Assembly: GCA_039793485.1 (NCBI GenBank)
Contig: JBAMLO010000035.1
Coordinates: forward strand, 9,506 to 35,953
DNA: 26,448 nt
Origin: Nitrososphaera sp.
GTDB taxonomy: Archaea; Thermoproteota; EX4484-205; JAAOZO01
Direction of reading: 5' to 3'
The notes below the pieces were generated by a model. The model ran no database searches. It was given only the letters and a program-made list of their open reading frames with translations, and had not been told where the DNA came from. This document shows positions 25,859 through 26,448 of this stretch, piece by piece; positions within the stretch are counted from its first letter, which is position 1; each line of letters starts with the position of its first letter. The position numbers were made by a program, and so were the translations under genes.

Positions 25859-26448
25859 ATGAACAAAGTAAAAGTTGGTATTGTTGGTTGCGGGAACATA
25901 GCTGAAGCGCATTTAAAAGCTCTTTCAACTAATCCTTCTGTAGAACTAGTTGCATTTTGCGACGTAGACTTAAGTAGAGCTGAAGCAAAAGCAAAAACAT
26001 ATGGAGCACAAGATGCCAAAATATTTAAGAGCGCTGAAGAAATGATAAGTACGACCGCACTAGATGCGGTTTACTTTCTTCTTCCACCTTTTGCACATGG
26101 AGATGAAATCTTTGCTATAAGAAAAGGAATTCCATTTTTTGTTGAAAAGCCAATAGAATTAAAGTTGGAGAATGCAAAGAAGATTTTAAGAGAACTAAAG
26201 AAAAAGAAGATCATTAACGCTGTTGGCTATATGAATAGGTACAGAGAAGGCGTAAAACTAGCAAAGAAAGAATTTGAAAATGACGTGCCAATATTAAGTT
26301 TTGGAGGATGGATCGGTGGAACTCCAAGGAACGAGAACTGGTGGATAGTAAAAAATAAGAGCGGAGGGCAATTTCACGAACAGGTAACACATACTGTTGA
26401 CTTAGTTAGGTTCTTGTGCGGTGAAGTGAGAGAAGTTCAAGCTTACAA
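25859..26448 (+). CDS. Gfo/Idh/MocA-family oxidoreductase (5' part; runs off the window end)
   Basis: Absent from the ORF track because there is no stop in the window. Hand translation from the ATG at 25859 gives 'MNKVKVGIVGCGNIAEAHLKALSTNPSVELVAFCD...EKPIELKLENAKK'. This has the Rossmann G-x-G-x-x-G and EKP motifs. Confidence 0.7.
   Translation, partial: MNKVKVGIVGCGNIAEAHLKALSTNPSVELVAFCDVDLSRAEAKAKTYGAQDAKIFKSAEEMISTTALDAVYFLLPPFAHGDEIFAIRKGIPFFVEKPIELKLENAKKILRELKKKKIINAVGYMNRYREGVKLAKKEFENDVPILSFGGWIGGTPRNENWWIVKNKSGGQFHEQVTHTVDLVRFLCGEVREVQAY

Overview
This 26.4-kb window is AT-rich (roughly 35-38% GC) and looks like chromosome from a thermophilic archaeon, probably a Sulfolobales-type crenarchaeon. 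The evidence is TATA boxes centred about -26 to -28 from start codons (leaderless mRNAs) at the first gene of each transcription unit, and GGTG(A) Shine-Dalgarno motifs in front of operon-internal genes. The GH1 beta-glycosidase closely resembles Sulfolobus LacS and Pyrococcus CelB, and there are K/E-rich proteins and frequent TTG/GTG starts. The provided ORF track uses TTG/GTG as well as ATG and always takes the first possible start after a stop, so several N-termini were re-evaluated by hand. Most of the window is ordinary carbohydrate and housekeeping content. It holds three Gfo/Idh/MocA oxidoreductases, two xylose-isomerase-like TIM-barrel sugar-phosphate isomerases, a GH1 beta-glycosidase, a GH51 alpha-L-arabinofuranosidase and a DegT-family aminotransferase. 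It also holds an MFS transporter, glnA next to an Lrp/AsnC regulator, an Arch_ATPase-family ATPase, a P-type (H+-ATPase-like) pump, an M42/TET aminopeptidase, a threonine-synthase-like PLP enzyme and an ADP-ribosylglycohydrolase-family protein. The standout is a tightly coupled four-gene minus-strand operon at 2960..6443. In order it encodes a small all-helical coiled-coil protein, a TM-less SPFH/Band-7-like protein with a Pro/Gln-rich linker and two C-terminal zinc ribbons (COG4260 / B. subtilis YdjI-like), and two tandem paralogous proteins with an N-terminal zinc ribbon, a central domain and a C-terminal two-helix membrane anchor. The two paralogs are separated only by an in-frame TAG immediately followed by a TTG start. 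This architecture recalls the bacterial PspA-YdjG/YdjH/YdjI membrane-stress module but has a different domain arrangement and is, to my knowledge, uncharacterised in archaea. A 588-bp non-coding gap just downstream carries a probable decayed transposase HTH fragment. No CRISPR array, tRNA or rRNA was found.
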